NCBI GenBank assembly: GCA_000934665.2
Contig: KZ538210.1
Coordinates: 62,001-99,790, forward strand
DNA from: Catajapyx aquilonaris
Taxonomy: Eukaryota
Reading direction: 5' to 3'
DNA length: 37,790 bases
How positions within the stretch are numbered: position 1 is the first letter of the stretch; the number at the start of each line of letters is the position of its first letter. Below the pieces are notes generated by a model that had not been told where the DNA came from, made no database searches, and was given only the letters and a program-made list of their open reading frames with translations. Shown in pieces: positions 32,875 to 37,790 of the stretch. Both the position numbers and the translations under genes were made by a program.

Positions 32875-34026
32875 CAAGGGGAGCAATGTATAAGGTATAC
32901 GAGTGACTGGGGGCTGTACCAGACCAAGAAACTAGCCTCCAACAGAGGTGCAATATCATCAGGGGGAGGTGGCATCTCTGTTGGAGGCTAATTGCTAGGT
33001 CTGGTAAGCTACTCCTTTAACCGACTGTACATCAAACCATTCACTGACTTAGCCATTGCCCACAGCAGTTGCTGTTCTGCCATGAAGACAACAATGCAAC
33101 ATCTTGCATTGACTCATTATGTGCAAGTTTGTTGAAAGCATTAAGCAAATGTGGACCAAATGGAAGTTTTGTCTGATTTTTTTGACATTTTGTCAGAGAC
33201 CTGTTAGAATGGTCTTTGCCTGGACCATGGGCCAATATGGGGGCATTCCAATCTTAGTAGTGGTCAAGAGAATCAGATGCCTGCATGAGACAGGAGGTGT
33301 TGCCAAGACATTGACCAAGATCATGGTAAAAAGAATTGGAGATAAATATTCAGTACATTAATAAGATTGCATACTTTTAGAAGCATTATCTAAATGAAGC
33401 AGGTACTAAAAAGTCAGTAACTTGCGCCCGGTTGTGGCATTGTAACTGTAAGCATCCTGCTACAACATGAGCGGTTACAGGAGGGAGACTTAGGAGCTCT
33501 CATTGCTTGATATGCAGCGCAGTACGAAAGGTGAACATTTCCTGTTGGGGTATTTTAAGGCAAAATTATTATAGCTGATATATGTTGATGTAGGCTGCAG
33601 ACAAGGGTAATCACATTTGAAATCCAAATCGATCACGTGATCTGTTGCAAGCTTCGCTTGGACTGGAGGGAGTGAAGACAAAGGGAGCAACCAATGCTAT
33701 GTTAGCATTGGCTCCCTTACACATGTGCTTATGCATAAAAACAAAAGTCTGAGAAGGTGAATAAACTTCAAGACATGTTTGAGGGAGGTGTCTGATGCCA
33801 AGGTGGAATAGGTCAACCCTGCTGATATCATCCTTACTCACTCCCTGCCATCTGACCTTTAAAGCCAGCACAGACAGACAGTAATGCCATGGAATGCCAT
33901 AACCTCGACCATGGAGCCCAACTCAACAAACATACTGTATTTATTTCTACAAATACTATCAGAAATAACCTAGACATGAGGGGAAGTGCACATGTCTTGC
34001 CACCCTGCCTGTGGGGGGGGGGGGGN

Positions 34027-34049
34027 AGAGAGAGAGAGAGAGAGAGAGA
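34027..34049. repeat. (AG)n microsatellite next to a poly-G run and an N
   Basis: Directly visible. Confidence 0.9.
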
Positions 34050-34094
34050 AGTTCATCCCAATTTTATTTTGACTGGAACTTTTGCTTTCATTTT

Positions 34095-34258
34095 CCTTAG
34101 CTTTGTGGGATAGGATAGGGACGGAAGGAATCGGCTGTTGTCTATTTTTACGGAAACTGCCCCGGAATTATCCTGGGAGGACCGTGGGAAACCACAGAAA
34201 ACCACGGTCAGGGTTACCGGCCCCGGGATTCGAACCCAGGACCTCCCGAAGTCACCGG
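34095..34258 (-). mobile_element. 5'-truncated tRNA-derived SINE
   Basis: Minus strand B box GGGTTCGAATCCCGG followed by CCCTGACCGTGGTTTTCTGTGGTTTCCC...CCGATTCCTTCC, a body typical of arthropod tRNA-SINEs. Confidence 0.7.
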
Positions 34259-34847
34259 TATTAGTGCAGGGTGTGCACGCGAACTTCAGCCTTATTGTTT
34301 TGCAATTAGGGTGTTTTACCTTGGGACTGCAGATTAGCAGTGGTGAGACTTATTTTTTAAAACTGGGTACAGTTATTTTTAGGCCATCCTATTATCCCAT
34401 TATCAGTGTTATGAGAAGCCTTACAAGATAGCAGAGTAGCTTATACGACTTCTGAATCAAAATGTCAGCAAAGCTGAGATGAAGAGAAAAACACTTCAAC
34501 AAAGCATTGAGGTTTGCGAATTGTGTGGGGGGCATCCCACTTGGCCATTGTGTGGCTGGAGTGTAATTTTAGCTCCTTTTGGTTGCTGCCTGGGGAGTGC
34601 GGGTCATTGGATCCTTATCAGTGCTGAGCCGAGCCCTACTTCGCAATGCTTAGTACAGAAGCTTTAGGAATGTCTTCGTGATAGCTCTAAATACAGTGTT
34701 AATCAGCTGCAGGGCAACAACCCCAGGGAACCATAGGACTGAGGGAAGGAGGTAAAGCCTTGTGCCATGTTTGTGTGATATACTCGCACAGTATGTATTT
34801 ATATATCAGGCATAAAATCATTCTGATTACTTGCCCTCCAAGCCCCT

Positions 34848-35080
34848 ATCCCCAGATGTTCGGAACATAAAATTGAGTGGTATATCCCTATGACCCATGC
34901 ACATCTTCCTGTAGGCCTGTACTCTAAATCATCTAGAGGTTACTTTTAATACCAAATACAATGTAAATGCTACGTTGATAGTTACAATGCATTGTGCTTG
35001 GCATGTGCCAAATTCAAGTTTTGATCGCAGGAACCTTTTCTGTATGGAATGTTGGCGACCCATAGATGCAGAGGGCTGAC
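34848..35080 (+). mobile_element. Tigger/pogo-family non-autonomous element fragment (MER2/MER2B-like)
   Basis: GCACATCTTCC...TAAATCATCTAGAGGTTACTTTTAATACCAAATACAATGTAAATGCTA, GCCAAATTCAAGTTTTG and the terminal ACCCATAGATGCAGAGGGCTGAC resemble the MER2/MER2B consensus as I recall it. Confidence 0.6.
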
Positions 35081-35195
35081 ATTACTATCACTTAGAGTTC
35101 ATTTGAGAAATTGACAATAGCATAACATTTTGTAAATGCACGTGAAAGTGAAACTGATTACAAGTAATATATTATCTGTAGTGTGTTCAGCAAAA

Positions 35196-35366
35196 AGGCC
35201 CATACACACAGACAGTCCACAGTTTTGGTTTTTGGTCGTGTTGACGCGTGACTCATATAAACAAGCGCAACCCATTGTTTAGAGCTTGTTTACATGGGTC
35301 ATGATTGGTCCGCGGCATCATCGCAACCGAAAACCAAAACCGTCGACGGCCTGTGTGTATGGGCCT
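35196..35366. mobile_element. MITE with PIF/Harbinger-like termini
   Basis: TIRs AGGCCCATACACACAG and CTGTGTGTATGGGCCT; internal arms GTTTTGGTTTT/AAAACCAAAAC and TAAACAAGC/GCTTGTTTA. Confidence 0.75.
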
Positions 35367-36501
35367 AAAGAATGCCATGACGTAACACTAACAATGAATT
35401 ACAAGAAGTATGTCGCCAGGCAACCTGCAAGCCATTCATTGTCACAGAGTGGCGTCATGGCATTCTTTCTCAGAACAAGCTACACATTCAGTGTATGTTC
35501 TGAGTATTATGGTTGTTTTCAGTTATTGCTAATTTTGCCCAACATGGTTTTGTGTAGCTTGATGGGCCCCGATCCAGGTGCCAAATTATTCCCAGGTGGT
35601 TGAATATAGCTGCTGCTATATAATAGGGTACCTCTAGACTAGACAGCCTTGAGGAAGAGTCGCCAACTTCTGAAGTCACATTGTCTCTGATTGGCTGGAG
35701 TAATTATGGACTGTTGGCTGTTCCAATGGAGGCTGCCATCTTGCAAATAATGACTCCCTTCCTAGAGCGCCTCTAGGCACCTCGTTCGGTGCACAACAAG
35801 CTAGAAAAAAAATAACTGCTTCGAGTGCAATTTCCTGTAAGTAAAAGGACATGGATACTTGGAACACCCTGTACTTGCCATGGTGACTGGCTGCCTCGTA
35901 AATATGCAACCTAAAACGTGTTACTTGGGTACGTCATTTTGTACTGCACATTATTTTCTAGAACTGGCATGAGACAGGTCGGTAGTATAGCACGGTGTAA
36001 CTCGATGAGAAACATCTATGGTGAAATATGGACAAAAGGATAGCTTTGTGTCGATGTGCAATTTGGTACCCAAAGCCATGCTACCGAGATAATGGGCTTC
36101 AAATGCAGGTTGTGTTCCTCCAAGCAACTCTGCCTTATTAGGTCTTACCATGAAATTTAAATTAATGGTACAATCTCATTTGGTGTAATGGTCAATGGAT
36201 GAGGCGAGGAAATTTTCAAGGGCTGTTTCTGTTGTGCAGAAGTCCATATTTTGTTAAATGACAGTTATCTTGAATGAGGCTGGCTGTAAGGAAGGGCAAG
36301 AGAAAGGGAGGAGTATTGGGGGGAGGAGGAGGAAACCCTGGACAGTTCCAGCTTGGAAGGCTCTAATTGCAGTACCCACATGTACTGACTGTGCATTGTT
36401 ACTGTGTGCATGTTTCCTCTTGGCCGTAGTATGTTGATTCTTGCATTGATACAAGGCATCCAAGCTCAGTTGATATGTGGCTATCTCTCATCTTATTTTA
36501 G

Positions 36502-36949
36502 ATGGACATCAAGCAGAAGGTTCAGTGTGTGGAGTGGATGGTGAAGATGTCTGATGCGGAGAAGGTGCAGAAGGAATTTACCAAGGAGTTCAAGAAGGAT
36601 GCACCCTCTGAGACCTTCCTGGAGCACCTCATGGAAGCTTTCCGCAGCACTGGGTCCATTGTTGATGTGGAGGAGGAGGCTATGAATGGAAACGCTTCCA
36701 ATGATGAGGAGGAGGCGGCCCCTGCTGCCAAGGCCAAGCGTGGAGGAGGGGCTGCTAGGGGTGGAAAGGCTCGTCGTGGACGTGGAGCCCCAGCAGCTGG
36801 TGGGACCAAGGGCAGGCGCGGCAAGAAGGCTGCCAAGGAGGAGTCGGACGAAGGCGAGGATGAGGAAGAGAAGATGGACGATAAGTCTGAGGATGACAAT
36901 TTGGATGATATTGAGGAGAAATCGGAAGAGGAGGAGGAAGAGCCTAAGC
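36502..36949 (+). CDS. First coding exon of an uncharacterised nuclear-type protein: DUF4817/Tc1-mariner-like N-terminal HTH, RG-rich basic linker and acidic tract; continues right of the window
   Basis: Acceptor TCTTATTTTAG|ATG at 36501 and donor AAGC|GTAAGT at 36949/36950. MDIKQKVQCVEWMVKMSDAEKVQKEFTKEFKKDAPSETFLEHLMEAFRSTGSIVD fits the pattern K.qCV.W.....s...VQr.F...f...pPs...i..w...F..TGSv.d. Strong GAG/AAG codon bias. Confidence 0.8.
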
Positions 36950-37004
36950 GTAAGTGGTTGCATTGCAGCATATGTGGAATATGGTGTTCTGAATGTTGGG
37001 GGTA

Positions 37005-37166
37005 CAGCGTTGGACATTAATCGAGTCATACTGCTAGCGACATTTTCCAAAGTGGCAGAAGAACGAATCTTGCTCACATGGCTTGCACTATCCGTATCTT
37101 CGATTCGATCATCTACCGCTGTGGAAAATGTCGCTAGCAGTATAACTCGATTAATGTCCAACACTG
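37005..37166. mobile_element. Tc1/mariner-type MITE, 162 bp, TA target-site duplication
   Basis: TA|CAGCGTTGGACATTAATCGAGTCATACTGCTAGCGACATTTTCCA ... TGGAAAATGTCGCTAGCAGTATAACTCGATTAATGTCCAACACTG|TA. Confidence 0.9.
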
Positions 37167-37560
37167 TACATTGAGACTTCTCACTTTTGTTGGGCTGGGC
37201 ATTTAAAAAAAATTGAGATTGGAAAGCTGAGTTTTCTGAATGGGGCTGGCCAGGCGCAAACTACACCACCAGTTGGCGCTAGTGGGCAATTGTGTGTTAT
37301 TTGCTATTTTAAGGAGGGCTCGTAGAGCTATTCGTGAGAGCGACTCTGACCGCGACCAATAACGGCTACTGTATAACATTATACTGACATGTTCCAGGAA
37401 TAATTAGCCTTACAGATGAAATTCATGGCGGAATCACGGATTAACAGCAACATCGCACCGTAATCTTCCCAAATGTTATGGGAAACCGCAATACCCTTGC
37501 AATGTAGGCAAGACTTCTAAGTAGCCGCTATTGCCTTCAACTAAGTGATTTGGCTTCACT

Positions 37561-37757
37561 TTAGAGCCAGATTAGCCAGATAGTATCGTGTATCCCATGC
37601 TTCTTGCACTCCGTGCTTCTTGCCTTCACCTCCTCTCCTTCCTCCTTCCTCCGAATTGCCACCCTCCACTTCAGGTTTAATGCCGGATCTTTCGGAAAGG
37701 AATGCCCGGTGGTTGTGTTTGTGTTGGTGCATCCTGGACCGCGCACGTGTGGGGCAT
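37561..37757 (-). pseudogene. Degenerate THAP zinc-finger fragment, likely a transposon remnant
   Basis: MPHTCAV/(frameshift)GCTN...HSFPKDPALNLKWRVAIRR...CKKH shows the C2CH, FP and W signature; frameshift near 37737 and an early stop. Confidence 0.65.
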
Positions 37758-37790
37758 CGCTCGTGTCAGGGTCGGGCGAAATTGGCGCCC

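Noticed and set aside
36950..37020. C-terminal HCSICGIWCSECW zinc-finger-like tail of the 172-aa ORF
   Set aside because: Lies after a consensus GTAAGT donor and ends inside the MITE, so it is probably intronic.
36493..37174. Opposite-strand ORFs sharing the peptide LDINRVILLATFS
   Set aside because: Artefact of the palindromic MITE at 37005-37166.
37265..37282. CTCF-like motif CCACCAGTTGGCGCTA
   Set aside because: A single imperfect match next to repeat-derived sequence; not supportable without ChIP data.

Overview
Gene-dense, intron-containing animal genomic DNA; the TDP-43 sequence and SINE types suggest an arthropod (inference). I rebuilt gene models by hand from GT-AG boundaries and reading-frame continuity. 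In order: LPCAT3/nessy (-, 5' part only), TDP-43/TARDBP (+, 4 coding exons, long UG-rich 3'UTR), spermidine synthase SRM (-, 5 coding exons), NUP205 (-, 10 exons, ~1829 aa), an intronless TAF1A (-), a small two-exon MZT2/MOZART2 gene (-) that the ORF track shows only in part, and the first coding exon of a + strand gene with a Tc1/mariner-like (DUF4817-type) HTH fused to RG-rich and acidic tracts. Introns carry MITEs, tRNA-derived SINEs, a Gypsy gag remnant and a THAP remnant. Top signals: (1) the MZT2 stop lies only 5 nt before the TAF1A ATG, implying a bicistronic mRNA; (2) TDP-43 has an in-frame poly-Glu N-terminal extension opened only by a GTG in strong Kozak context; (3) cryptic splice sites and GUGAAUG motifs suggest TDP-43 3'-end autoregulation; (4) tail-to-tail TARDBP-SRM linkage as in human; (5) a probable domesticated transposase HTH gene. 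Homology calls come from remembered family motifs, not database searches.
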